The notes under the pieces are model-generated. The model had not been told where the DNA came from. It saw only the letters and a list, made by a program, of their open reading frames with translations, and ran no database searches. A DNA stretch of 64,000 nt. Source: an uncultured Candidatus Bathyarchaeia archaeon. GTDB lineage: Archaea; Thermoproteota; Bathyarchaeia; 40CM-2-53-6. Positions 29,113 through 39,445 of the stretch are shown here, piece after piece. How positions within the stretch are numbered: position 1 is the stretch's first letter; each line of letters begins with the position of its first letter. Location of the stretch: NCBI GenBank assembly GCA_964533505.1, contig CAZHKA010000035.1, forward strand, positions 1,288-65,287, given 5' to 3'. Both the position numbers and the translations under genes were made by a program.

Positions 29113-30735
29113 ATGGAAGCCAACTTGACCGATGCAAGGATCACCGAACATCCGATCTTTCAATTCGATCGAGGAAAAGACGTTTCCTTCACCTTCGAAG
29201 GAAAGTCTGTAAAGGGATATGCGAACGAGACGATAGCCGCAACATTATACGCGAATGGCCTACGAATATTCAGCCGCAGCATGAAATACCATCGTCCCAG
29301 AGGATTCTTTTGCGGCATAGGCCGTTGCTCAGCTTGCATGATGACGGTCGACGGCATTCCAAACGTTCGCACATGCATGGTAAATGTTCGTGAGGGCATG
29401 GTTGTCTCAAGACAGAACGCCTTTCCAAACGCTGACCACGATGTACTATCAATCATAGATAAACTGGGATTCTACTTCTCTCTGGCCTCAGGCTTCTACC
29501 ACAGAAAAATGATACATCCAACTTTTCTCCGACGAATGTACGTCAGAATCCTCACGTCCTTCGTCGGTCTCGGCAAACTCCCATCAAAAGAAGCCGCCGC
29601 TGACATTCAGGGATCAAAGATTAGCGAAGAGACGGATGTTGTCATAATTGGAGGCGGTCCCGCAGGCCTTACTGCGGCCTTGGAGGCCGGAAAACGCTGC
29701 AATAAGGTGATTCTGCTAGACGACAAACGGATGTTGGGCGGACAACTCGTGAAGCAGACACACCGTTTCTTTGGTGACGCGAGACATCATGCGGGCGTCA
29801 GAGGAATTCGAATCGCGGAGAAGCTTACCAAACAAATCGCTGAACTCAGAAACGTCACGCTCTTTCTAGGCGCCACAGTATTTGGCATTTACGAGGGTCG
29901 GACAGTTGCCGCCGCACAGGACGACCGGCTTGCTAAGTTGCATGCGAAGAAGATCATCATCGCTACAGGGGCCTACGAAAGGACACTCGTCTTTGAGAAC
30001 AACGACCTCCCCGGCGTTTACGGAGCGGGGGGCGTTCAGACGATAATGAATACCTACGCCATCAAGCCAGGAATGCGGGCTCTGGTAGTTGGCTCTGGGA
30101 ACGTTGGACTGATTCTCTCATATCAGCTACTTCAAGCCGGAGTCAAAGTCGTAGCTATCGTCGAGGCTCTTCCAAAAATCGGCGGATACGTAGTCCACGC
30201 CGCCAAAGTTCGCCGTCAAGGCGTCGAAATCTTGACCTCGCATACAGTCGTCAAAGCCCTTGGACGGAAAAAGGTCAAGGGAGCGATCATAGCAAAAATT
30301 GACAACTCATTCAAACCGATTCTTGGAAGTGAGAGACAACTAGACTGCGACCTGATTTGCATAGCAGTCGGATTAACACCGACATATGAACTCGCCACCC
30401 AAGCGGGAGGTCAGGAAGCCTTTGTGCCAGAACTCGGAGGTTTCGTGGTTCGCCGAACGAAGTTCATGGAAATCTCGGACGGAATTTATGTGGCCGGAGA
30501 CGTCTCCGGCATCGAGGAAGCAACGACCGCGATGCTGGAGGGACAGATAGTTGGAGTTCACGCATCCCTCAAGCTAGGACATGGACTCCCCGAAGACGCA
30601 AAACAACTCGAAGCTTGGGTCAAACGACTTGACGAGGAGCGATCAGGACCATTTGGCGAGAAAATCCGTCGCGGCCTTGCAAATCTAATCATTCCGGAGG
30701 AAAAAGAAATTGGAGTCTACCCAACAATACCTTAA
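29113..30735 (+). CDS. Dye-linked proline dehydrogenase / sarcosine oxidase alpha-like subunit (2Fe-2S + FAD/NAD)
   Basis: RPRGFFCGIGRCSAC, GGGPAG, GGQL, ATGA.ER and AGD motifs. Confidence 0.88.
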   Translation: MEANLTDARITEHPIFQFDRGKDVSFTFEGKSVKGYANETIAATLYANGLRIFSRSMKYHRPRGFFCGIGRCSACMMTVDGIPNVRTCMVNVREGMVVSRQNAFPNADHDVLSIIDKLGFYFSLASGFYHRKMIHPTFLRRMYVRILTSFVGLGKLPSKEAAADIQGSKISEETDVVIIGGGPAGLTAALEAGKRCNKVILLDDKRMLGGQLVKQTHRFFGDARHHAGVRGIRIAEKLTKQIAELRNVTLFLGATVFGIYEGRTVAAAQDDRLAKLHAKKIIIATGAYERTLVFENNDLPGVYGAGGVQTIMNTYAIKPGMRALVVGSGNVGLILSYQLLQAGVKVVAIVEALPKIGGYVVHAAKVRRQGVEILTSHTVVKALGRKKVKGAIIAKIDNSFKPILGSERQLDCDLICIAVGLTPTYELATQAGGQEAFVPELGGFVVRRTKFMEISDGIYVAGDVSGIEEATTAMLEGQIVGVHASLKLGHGLPEDAKQLEAWVKRLDEERSGPFGEKIRRGLANLIIPEEKEIGVYPTIP

Positions 30736-31213
30736 CGACGGCATCATCCGAAACGACAACCTAACCTCACTCGGACTAGTCCCTCCGAAAGCAAGGTTCG
30801 AAGAGAAACGGCCGGTGGCAATGATCGAATGCGTCCAAGAAATCCCTTGCAACTCTTGCGCCGTTGCTTGCAAACTCGAAGCCATCCATATGGCCAATGT
30901 CAACGACATTCCGAAAATTGATTACAACAAATGCACGGGTTGCATGGCTTGCGCGATGACATGCCCTGGGCTTGCAATATTCCTGTTACGGTCCGAAGGT
31001 GATAGAGGGTACATTACCCTACCATACGAATTCCTTCCCACTCCTGCCCCCGGACAGGAGATCACAGCGCTTGACCGAGAAGGTACACCTCTAGGGAAAG
31101 CCAAAGTGCTACGAATTTTGCCCCCGAAACGGAACGACGGAACAGCACTGGTGACAATCGAGGTGCCAAACGATTGGCTTCTCGAAGCAAGAGCGATTAG
31201 GGTAGGCGAGTGA
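30710..31213 (+). CDS. 4Fe-4S ferredoxin subunit of the same complex
   Basis: ECVQEIPCNSC...C, CTGCMAC...CPG and LPYEFLP motifs. Confidence 0.88.
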   Translation: MESTQQYLNDGIIRNDNLTSLGLVPPKARFEEKRPVAMIECVQEIPCNSCAVACKLEAIHMANVNDIPKIDYNKCTGCMACAMTCPGLAIFLLRSEGDRGYITLPYEFLPTPAPGQEITALDREGTPLGKAKVLRILPPKRNDGTALVTIEVPNDWLLEARAIRVGE

Positions 31214-31482
31214 TCATGGGCAAGAAGATAGTCTGTTTTTGCGAAGACCTGACTGAAGAGGACGTGCTGGAAGCCATAAGGTTAGGGTACGATGATATAG
31301 AGACACTGAAGCGATACGCAGGCTTTTCGACCGGCCCATGCCAAGGCAAAACCTGCCTCATGCATGTCCTCCGACTGCTTTCAATGGAGAAGAAACTGAA
31401 ACCGGCTCAGCTTCGACTTACCACACAGAGGCCGCCCGTCGACCCAGTCCGCCTTAGTGTACTTGCGAGGGATGAACGGTAA
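31210..31482 (+). CDS. BFD-like [2Fe-2S] subunit
   Basis: CFCED, LKR, GPCQGKTC and RPP motifs. Confidence 0.88.
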   Translation: MIMGKKIVCFCEDLTEEDVLEAIRLGYDDIETLKRYAGFSTGPCQGKTCLMHVLRLLSMEKKLKPAQLRLTTQRPPVDPVRLSVLARDER

Positions 31483-32570
31483 TGCGTGTCATCGTTGTCG
31501 GCGCCGGGATTATGGGTCTAAGCATAGCCTACAACCTAGCAGTCCGCGGAGCAGAGGTAGCGGTCCTTGAGGGTCGATATCCCGGAAGCGGACTGAGCGT
31601 CAGAGCCATCGGAGGAGTGCACACACAATGGAGTGATGAGAAAGAGATCAAACTTGCCATGAGAAACCGGGATCTTCTAGAACGTCTCTCAGGAACACTT
31701 GAGTTCAACATTCCATTCCGCCAGGACGGCTATCTGGTGCTAGCAGCCAACGAGGAGCAGCTCACACATCTTAAGGAAAATTCGAAAACCCAGCAGTCTC
31801 TTGGAGTCGAAACAGCATGCCTCTCTTCTGAAGAACTTTCAAGCCGTTATCCGATGCTTGACACGAGTTCGGTCGTAGGCGGAACCATATCCATGGGGGA
31901 CGGCTCCATACATCCCTTCTCGGTGGTCTTCGGATATTGGAAAGGCCTTCTGGAACATGGCGGCAAACTGCTTCGGCCAACGCGAGTGACGCGCCTACGA
32001 TCCAAGGGAGAACGAGTTTGCGAGCTTGATACAGACCAGGGCACCTTCGAAGCGGACACATTCGTCCTTTCCGCGGGCGTTGGAACCCGCGGTTTACTTC
32101 AATCCGTAGGCTTAGATGTACCGACGGTAGTGGTTAGGCACGAAATGCTTGCAACGGAACCCTTGAAGTTCTTCTTGAAACCGATGATTGAACTATATCA
32201 GGATAAATTGTACATCAACCAGAGTCTTCGCGGCGAAATCATCTGCCACATCCCCAGAATAGACCCAAGACCCAAAGAGACCAAGTCAACTTTGGAATTC
32301 TTGGAAGACGCCGCAACCCAACTCACGAGCTTCCTGCCATCCTTGCGAGCCGCTAAGGTGCTCAGATCGTGGGCAGGGCTAGTGGAGGTGACTCCGGACT
32401 CATCACCCATCTGCGGCAGCATCGGGTATGGAAATCTCTTCGTAGCCCTCGGTGATTCGAGTAAGGGGATAATGCTCGCTCCCGTAATTGGCGAATTGAT
32501 TGCCGAAACAGTCATAACCGGCGACGCAAACGCGGATCTGCTACCTTATTCTCCGAGTGCTCGTAGCTGA
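31482..32570 (+). CDS. FAD-dependent amino-acid oxidoreductase (DAO family, beta subunit)
   Basis: VVGAGIMG, RSWAG, TPDSSPI and GIMLAP motifs. Confidence 0.9.
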   Translation: MRVIVVGAGIMGLSIAYNLAVRGAEVAVLEGRYPGSGLSVRAIGGVHTQWSDEKEIKLAMRNRDLLERLSGTLEFNIPFRQDGYLVLAANEEQLTHLKENSKTQQSLGVETACLSSEELSSRYPMLDTSSVVGGTISMGDGSIHPFSVVFGYWKGLLEHGGKLLRPTRVTRLRSKGERVCELDTDQGTFEADTFVLSAGVGTRGLLQSVGLDVPTVVVRHEMLATEPLKFFLKPMIELYQDKLYINQSLRGEIICHIPRIDPRPKETKSTLEFLEDAATQLTSFLPSLRAAKVLRSWAGLVEVTPDSSPICGSIGYGNLFVALGDSSKGIMLAPVIGELIAETVITGDANADLLPYSPSARS

Positions 32571-32618
32571 GACGCTTAGAGATATGTTTTCGAGCCCGCA
32601 TGGTATGCAGCCCATCGC

Positions 32619-33725
32619 TTACACTTTGAGTTTGCCATTCTCTACTAAGACGTTTCCATCCACAGTTAGCGTCGCTTTTGTCAGGACCCCTGCGAAGTAG
32701 AAATCCGTCTTGTTCGCTCCGCCGATGTCATCGTTGCCGCCGATTCCTACCGTCACGACTCCAGACACTATGCTGTCCTGCAAGAACCCCCTCTTCGCTT
32801 TAGGGTTCACCCCAATTCCGACCGCGGCAATTTTATTCTTCTCACCCGTAGCTTTCTCGTAAGCCACCTTCAGAAGGTCCGCGTTCAAACCCGCACGATA
32901 ATTCGTCAGCAACCCATTTCGAAAGTCTAATCCAACTCTTCCAACCCATTTACCCATGAACTGCGCCGGTCGGTCAAAGACAACCTTCCCTTCCACGAAG
33001 GTCTCGTCTGGGCAGGCCAGTACATCGCCGCCCGGAATGTTAGCGACGTTTCTTCCATGATCTAAGTCGTCTGCGTCAACTATGCAGTCATCCTGAAACG
33101 GACTCCGGCTCGCCAGCCGAAGATTCAAGTCGGTGCCGTTCGGGTCTGTGATCTTCACCGACCCATTCTGCATCATGGAGGCCACTTTCCCCGCCTTCTC
33201 CTTAAGCTGTCTGAAATCAACCGTTGACGCCGCGAGCAGCATTCGTTGCCAAGCTGCATGTGAAACTTTGAAAGCACGAGCCCGTTGCTGAGTTGCATAC
33301 CCTAACGTTATCCGAGCTGCCTTCAGACGGTACTGTTTAGCTCTCCTATACCATTCCTCGTTGTAGGCCGTTGCGGCAGCGAACTTCGCGCGGTTGTTCC
33401 AAATTCTCAGAAAATCGGCAGGGCCTGGAATGAATATGTACTCTTTAGATTTCTCAATCGCGGCCCATTCATGATCCCCGACCTTGCCAAGCTTTTCTTC
33501 AGAGAGCGACTCGACACCTCTCCAGAATAACTCTTCACTCTCCAACAGTAGCATTGGATGTGCGCCAAGCTCTCGCAATTGGTAGATGAAAGCGCGTGCA
33601 ATAGGGAGACCATGGTCCCAAGTCTCAACAATTGCATCATCACCAGCTTGCGCGTCTAGCGTAGAGGTTAGAACGTTCTTCACCAAGGCTTCATAGGCAG
33701 ACATGCCCTCCCAAGAAGAACCCAC
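32619..33725 (-). CDS. M29 aminopeptidase-like protein, metal ligands apparently degenerate
   Basis: GTDL, NIPGGDV, GKVVFD, GIGVNP and VDG..LVENG fold motifs. Confidence 0.7.
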   Translation of the reverse strand: MGSSWEGMSAYEALVKNVLTSTLDAQAGDDAIVETWDHGLPIARAFIYQLRELGAHPMLLLESEELFWRGVESLSEEKLGKVGDHEWAAIEKSKEYIFIPGPADFLRIWNNRAKFAAATAYNEEWYRRAKQYRLKAARITLGYATQQRARAFKVSHAAWQRMLLAASTVDFRQLKEKAGKVASMMQNGSVKITDPNGTDLNLRLASRSPFQDDCIVDADDLDHGRNVANIPGGDVLACPDETFVEGKVVFDRPAQFMGKWVGRVGLDFRNGLLTNYRAGLNADLLKVAYEKATGEKNKIAAVGIGVNPKAKRGFLQDSIVSGVVTVGIGGNDDIGGANKTDFYFAGVLTKATLTVDGNVLVENGKLKV

Positions 33726-33896
33726 GTACCTTTAAGACTTGGCCGGGGCCCCCCTCGGGACACAAAACCAGTGATAAAACATGGTTGAATGCTATGCTTT
33801 CGTGCTAGAAGCGAAAGAGTGGGCTGGATAACTAAGCCTAGCCTAGGCAGGTCGCGTTTATTATTTTCGTAGCGAGCTAATCGTTTGGTGTAAGCG

Positions 33897-34901
33897 TTGT
33901 CAAAACGAGTCAAGGTCGGAGTGGACCTATCAGAGAACGTGGCTGAACCCAACCAATTCGTCGAATGCGCGACCCTAGGCGAGAATTTAGGTTTTCACTC
34001 GGTATGGTTCGGAGATCACTTCTTGCCTTGGGTTCATACGCAGGGAAAGTCGGCGTTCATTTGGTCTGTAATAGCTTCTTCCTTGGAGCGAACAACACAA
34101 GTGAGAATTGGGCCCGATGTCACCTGCCCGATAGGCGGAAGGTTTCATCCCGCAATTGTTGCTCAAGCTGCAGCGACTTTAGACAACATGTACCCGGGTC
34201 GGTTCATGCTGGGAGTCGGGTCAGGAGAAGCGGTGAATGAAGAGAGATTCTTCCGAGAGCGCGGAGGATATTGGCCCGCGTGGAAGGAGAGGATTGAGCG
34301 GTTGTCGGAAGCCACTACTCTGATCCGAAGGCTGTGGAGTAGCGAGGGCTACTTCGATTTTCACGGCAGGTTCTTCACAATGCCTAAAGTCATGTTATAC
34401 ACGAAACCCAAGACTCGAATTCCAATCTATTTCTCCGCAATGGGAGCAAAGGCCGCGAGCTACGCCGGTAAGTTCGGAGACTGTTTGATCACGATCGCTT
34501 CGCCCGAAAAATGCCGACAAGTTATCTTTCCGAATTTCGAGGAGGGGCTAAGGTTGGTAGGAAAGGATCCCTCGGAAGCAGAGAAGATGGTTTTGATTCT
34601 TTTCGAATTCGGCGATCCCGAGCTTTGCTTGAGGAAGATTCGGGCAGGCGGAGCGGCGTTCTTGTCGACGAGGGCATTTGATAATCCCGATTCGAGGAAT
34701 ATAGAGGCATCAACAGCTGCGGTGGACGTTCCATCCATCAAAGAATACTTCCATCTATGCGCAACCGCAGACGCCCTGATCGACGTAGCTGAGCAATATC
34801 GAAAGGTAGGAGCAGATCATCTCGTCTTCGGAACCGGAGCAGACCCGAAACTAATCAGACTGATTGGCGAATCAGTTCTGCCTAGCATGAATTCAAGGTG
34901 A
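33897..34901 (+). CDS. LLM-class F420-dependent oxidoreductase (G6PDH-like family)
   Basis: DHFLPW, VTCP, HPAIVAQA.ATL and LGVGSGEAVNE motifs. Confidence 0.88.
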   Translation: MSKRVKVGVDLSENVAEPNQFVECATLGENLGFHSVWFGDHFLPWVHTQGKSAFIWSVIASSLERTTQVRIGPDVTCPIGGRFHPAIVAQAAATLDNMYPGRFMLGVGSGEAVNEERFFRERGGYWPAWKERIERLSEATTLIRRLWSSEGYFDFHGRFFTMPKVMLYTKPKTRIPIYFSAMGAKAASYAGKFGDCLITIASPEKCRQVIFPNFEEGLRLVGKDPSEAEKMVLILFEFGDPELCLRKIRAGGAAFLSTRAFDNPDSRNIEASTAAVDVPSIKEYFHLCATADALIDVAEQYRKVGADHLVFGTGADPKLIRLIGESVLPSMNSR

Positions 34902-36037
34902 TGAAACAAATGCTGGAGGAACTAGGAGTTAAACCCGTAATCAACGCATGCGGAACAGTCACCGTACTAGGCGGCTGCCTGATGGATGACGAAGTACTTC
35001 AGGCGATGAGAGAGGCTGCAAAAGTCTACGTAGACATGACCGAACTGCATACAAAAGCAGGAGCCTATGTCGCCAACTTGGCCGGAGCTGAAGCCGCGTA
35101 TATTTCGGCCGGCGCCGCGGCCGGTCTCGCCCTTTCAATAGCCGCATGCATGACGAGAGGACAAACAGAGCTGATGACCAAACTCCCATTCACAGAGAGC
35201 ATGAGGAACGAAGTCATCGTCCAGAAATTACATCGCAACATGTACGACTACAACCTAGAGATAGCCGGAGCCAGAATTATTGAGATAGGAACCGAACAAA
35301 AGACCACGCCGAGAGACTTGGAAGACGCCATCGGCAAGAAAACAGCAGCCGTAGCTTTCTTCTCATACGAGCCACAAATCGGTGTGCTGTCGCTCGCCCA
35401 AGTGATTGAGATAGCCCACAAGAACCAGATCCCAGTCATAGTTGACGCGGCAGCAGAACTACCGCCCAAAGATAATCTTACCAAATTCATTAGCATGAAA
35501 GCCGACTTGGTCCTGTTCTCTGGCGGCAAAGACATTGGCGCTCCTAACGACACCGGTATCATACTGGGCCGACGTGACTTAATCACGACCTGCATGCGAC
35601 TCGGACCGCATAGCTACGAAACGGTAAATTCGAAACGAAGAGTGTACTTCGGCAGGCCGATGAAAACATGCAAAGAAGACATCCTGGGGGTCGTCGTGGC
35701 TCTCAGGAGATATCTCAAAGCAGACCCCGCTGAAAGAATCCTAGAATCCGAAAGAAAAGTTCACTACATGATTTCGGAACTTTCTGATCACGCAGGCGTA
35801 GCCGTGCGAAGCTTTGAACCCGGACCAACTCATAATCGGCCGCCTTGTTTTCCTCGCGTAGAATTGGAATTCAAGAACACTCAATGGTCGGCCGAAAAGG
35901 TCGCAGAGGAACTGAAGAAATGCGACCCCCCCATCTACGCTTACGTGATGAACGAACGACTGTACCTTAACCCTCAGTGCCTTCGGGAAGGAGAAGAGAA
36001 AATCGTGGTGTCAAGCCTCAAGAAACTCTTGTCATAA
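34898..36037 (+). CDS. SelA-like/DgaE-family PLP-dependent enzyme
   Basis: VINACGT.T.LGG, VDAAAE, FSGGK (PLP Lys) and GR.MK..KE motifs. Confidence 0.85.
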   Translation: MMKQMLEELGVKPVINACGTVTVLGGCLMDDEVLQAMREAAKVYVDMTELHTKAGAYVANLAGAEAAYISAGAAAGLALSIAACMTRGQTELMTKLPFTESMRNEVIVQKLHRNMYDYNLEIAGARIIEIGTEQKTTPRDLEDAIGKKTAAVAFFSYEPQIGVLSLAQVIEIAHKNQIPVIVDAAAELPPKDNLTKFISMKADLVLFSGGKDIGAPNDTGIILGRRDLITTCMRLGPHSYETVNSKRRVYFGRPMKTCKEDILGVVVALRRYLKADPAERILESERKVHYMISELSDHAGVAVRSFEPGPTHNRPPCFPRVELEFKNTQWSAEKVAEELKKCDPPIYAYVMNERLYLNPQCLREGEEKIVVSSLKKLLS

Positions 36038-36301
36038 TTATGGCGACAGGCAGGCAGCACGAATACTCTCATTTCTACCACTCTGGATCCAGAGGCCGAG
36101 ACGACAGTAGACATAGATGTTCGATCAGCTCAATGAGTGGGGAGTCCTTCCGGATGCCTCCCGGACTTGTTCGAGCTTGTCAAGAATTGCGTCGCTGTTG
36201 AAATGCCGTGATGGAAAGGCGAGCTGCATTCTGTTTTCGATAAGAGCACTGAACGTTTATCTTTAGATGCGCGGCTCCCATTCTTTTTTAGTGACGCGAA
36301 A

Positions 36302-38185
36302 ATGTCACTATATAAGAAAGCAGTATCAACTACGAAAGTAGCTATTCTCGTCGTCGTCATAATTGCAATTGTTGGGGCCGGAGTTTACTTCGCTAGCCAA
36401 TCTTCGGCTCCTCCGACATCGGTGACATCATCATCGAGCTCCGTTACTGTGCCTCAGACTTTAGTCATAGATGACTACACTTGGCCCACACGCAATCTCA
36501 ACCAACTTTACGGGCCGCAGTACCAACCTTGGCCTAACTGGATGGAGCATGCCGTTTACCAGCCACTCGTCACAACGAACATTACTCAGCAATTTCAACA
36601 AAATGTTATCAACTGGATTCCGGACCTGGCGGCAAACTGGACGATATCTACTGACTACACGACTTACACTTACAATCTACGACAGAACGTGGCGTTCTCC
36701 AACGGGGACCCATTCAACTCGTATCAGGTTTGGGCTGAATTCATGGGCTTCTACTATCTCATGGGGCCCACATTCCTGGGAGGGCTGAATCTCTTCGATT
36801 TCTCGAACGTCAACTTTGGTCCTACACAGATCGCCCTTCTCCAATCCAGCGGACTGGCTAACCCGACAGGTGCGGCTCTTGTAATGATGCAAAACACGAC
36901 GTGGCCGATATACACTAACGGTCCAGATCAGATATCCTTCCACCTTGCAGCCCCGTTTCTGTTCTTTAACGGGGTAATTGGAGGAGGGGGAGATATTGGA
37001 TTAATCTTCGACATTCAATACGTATTGAATCACGGCGGGTTTGGTACCCCTACGCAATTCAATTCATATCTTGACGACCACCCAGCACCGGGCACAGGCC
37101 CCTACGTGGTTAGTCAAGTTGTCATGAATTCACAAGTAACGTTCCAGAAGAACCCCACCTACTGGGGCGATTCATTGACACCGGCTGAGATTGCAGCGAC
37201 CCCCGTGCTTAACCCCGGACAAGCCAGTACAATCATTGTGGACGTAAAAACAGATGATCTGGCACGGTATACCGACCTATCGACCGGAGCAGCCCAGATA
37301 GTCGCCATAAGCTCGCAAGATTGGAATTTGGTGACACATAACTCACAGTATGCATATTTCGTAATGCCTCCTGGAGTTCCCGACGTTGAAGCCCTAGCTA
37401 TCAACACCGCAATCGCTCCAACTAACAATGTCTGGGTGAGAAGAGCGATCGTTCACGCAATCAATTATACAGACGTTTGGGCAAAGGCCTACCAAGGCGA
37501 AGCCGCGGCATTCATGGGACCTGAAACACCAAACTACGGACCATACTATGACCCAGCCAAACTTCCACCCTACGACTTCAACGTCACGGAAGCAACCGCG
37601 GACCTGGCAAAAGCCGGATATCCGAATGGCACAGGCCTAGCAACCTTGACGTTGAGAACAGTCGCAGGATGCACATACTGCGCGAATGCCGCGCAAGTAA
37701 TTCAGAGTGACCTAGCAAACGTCGGAATAACCGTTAACATACTGGAAGTTGCCTCATCAACCTACTGGAACCCTTACGGCCCGTACTCGACGAACCTACA
37801 GAACGCTAACCAGCTCGGCCAGCTATCATTCTTAGGCGGAGAACTTTACGCTCCCGACTACCTGGGGGCACCGGACTACTGGATAGGCTTCGTCAGCAAT
37901 TCCTCGGTGTGGGGAAACTGGGCAGTATACGATAATCCACAAGTCGACAACGACGTCGCACTTCTATCTAACAGCGCGAACCCAACGGTGGTGATCAATG
38001 CTCTCGCCGACGCTCAACAACACATATACAACGACGCGCCGTACGCATGGCTTGGCACCTACAAGCTCTTCGGCGTCGACGGATCAGTGGTTTGGAACAA
38101 GAACGTAATACAATCAATGCTCTTTGAACCGAATTACGGCGGCACAGATACAGCTCCACTCCTTAATACGATAGTCTTCGCCTGA
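36302..38185 (+). CDS. ABC peptide transporter substrate-binding protein (family 5)
   Basis: N-terminal membrane anchor plus Ser/Thr linker; PDLA.NW, F.NGDP, GTGPY, KNP.YWG and VRRAI..AINY motifs. Confidence 0.92.
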   Translation: MSLYKKAVSTTKVAILVVVIIAIVGAGVYFASQSSAPPTSVTSSSSSVTVPQTLVIDDYTWPTRNLNQLYGPQYQPWPNWMEHAVYQPLVTTNITQQFQQNVINWIPDLAANWTISTDYTTYTYNLRQNVAFSNGDPFNSYQVWAEFMGFYYLMGPTFLGGLNLFDFSNVNFGPTQIALLQSSGLANPTGAALVMMQNTTWPIYTNGPDQISFHLAAPFLFFNGVIGGGGDIGLIFDIQYVLNHGGFGTPTQFNSYLDDHPAPGTGPYVVSQVVMNSQVTFQKNPTYWGDSLTPAEIAATPVLNPGQASTIIVDVKTDDLARYTDLSTGAAQIVAISSQDWNLVTHNSQYAYFVMPPGVPDVEALAINTAIAPTNNVWVRRAIVHAINYTDVWAKAYQGEAAAFMGPETPNYGPYYDPAKLPPYDFNVTEATADLAKAGYPNGTGLATLTLRTVAGCTYCANAAQVIQSDLANVGITVNILEVASSTYWNPYGPYSTNLQNANQLGQLSFLGGELYAPDYLGAPDYWIGFVSNSSVWGNWAVYDNPQVDNDVALLSNSANPTVVINALADAQQHIYNDAPYAWLGTYKLFGVDGSVVWNKNVIQSMLFEPNYGGTDTAPLLNTIVFA

Positions 38186-38428
38186 GCGGCGAGGACTACC
38201 GTAGCTTTTTCTACATTCGTTTATCCGCTCAGAGGGTTTGGTTAAACCTACTTGTACCCTCAAGAAGGCTCATTGATCGCGAAAGGCGCCGTAGACAACT
38301 TTTTCATTGCGCCCGACTGTTTGCATGCGAATGCCATGGGTTGATCTGACCAACTATCGAAAGCCTAACATGATTACAAAGCGCTGGTTTCAAATCCCAT
38401 TGTCATACAGAGACTAGATGAATGCGTC

Positions 38429-39445
38429 TTGAACTTCGCGACATTCATCCTGCGACGACTCGGATTGGCAATCTTTGTTTTGCTAGGCGTGGCGACAATC
38501 ACCTTTACGCTTTCGCACCTGGTATCAAGCAATCCGCTTGTGGCATGGCTCGGACGCGCATCAGGCAACCCAGTATTGGCGGCGGCGTACGTCAAAGAAT
38601 ATCATTTGAATGACCCGTTGTACGTACAGTTCGGCTACTACATGCTTGCGCTGTTGCATGGAGACCTAGGTTTCTCGGTATTCAAGGGTGAGCCAGTAAG
38701 CGAAGCTCTGCAACAGACTCTGCCGTTTACTCTTCAGATAGCATTCTTCGCGATCCTGCTGACTCTAGCAATTGGAATTCCACTGGGAGTATTGGCGGCC
38801 AAATATCATCATACTGCAGTAGACTACAGCATCAGCGGCTTTTATCTTGCAGGAATAGCCTCGCCTTACTTCCTTCTCGCGCTTTTTCTGCTGATTCTTC
38901 TAACTTACACATTCCATCTGCTACCGAGCGGAGGTGCTTTCAGTCCCTCGGTAACCGAACCCTACGCGATAACCCATTTTCCCTTAATAGACAGCCTGAT
39001 TGAGGGGAAATGGTCCACTTTCGCAGACGGAATCACGCACGTGATTATGCCAAGCCTCGCACTAGCCCTTGGAATATTTGGATACGTCACGCGGGTTCTT
39101 CGTTCGTCAATGCTTGACGTGCTGCATGCAAACTATATTCGCACAGCTCGCGCTAAGGGCGTAGATGAAACAACTGTCTTCTTCAGACATGCTCTCCGAA
39201 ATGCATCGATCCCCGTCGTGACACTCGCCTCTATCGTCGTCACTTGGTTAGTGACCGGGACGCTGTTTGTGGAAGTGATCTTTGCATATCCAGGCATCGG
39301 CCAATACGCAGTCCAAGCGCTAAGCGATCTCGACTACCCATCCTTGCTGGCAATCACGCTAGTCTTAGCCGTGATCATCGTACTATCGAACCTCGCCGCG
39401 GACATTCTGTACGCAGTCGTCAATCCGGAGATACGATTACGATGA
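38429..39445 (+). CDS. ABC peptide transporter permease (DppB-like)
   Basis: GDLG.S and YIRTARAKG...HALRNA (EAA loop) motifs. Confidence 0.95.
   Translation: MNFATFILRRLGLAIFVLLGVATITFTLSHLVSSNPLVAWLGRASGNPVLAAAYVKEYHLNDPLYVQFGYYMLALLHGDLGFSVFKGEPVSEALQQTLPFTLQIAFFAILLTLAIGIPLGVLAAKYHHTAVDYSISGFYLAGIASPYFLLALFLLILLTYTFHLLPSGGAFSPSVTEPYAITHFPLIDSLIEGKWSTFADGITHVIMPSLALALGIFGYVTRVLRSSMLDVLHANYIRTARAKGVDETTVFFRHALRNASIPVVTLASIVVTWLVTGTLFVEVIFAYPGIGQYAVQALSDLDYPSLLAITLVLAVIIVLSNLAADILYAVVNPEIRLR

Noticed and set aside
34898-36037. Selenocysteine synthase SelA or Sec recoding
   Set aside because: The motifs fit the DgaE/SelA-like family. I saw no selB, selC or selD and no in-frame TGA at a Cys position, and archaea use SepSecS.
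39244-39441. Long N-terminal extension of the DppC-like ORF
   Set aside because: It overlaps dppB; the ATG at 39442 coupled to the upstream stop is more plausible.
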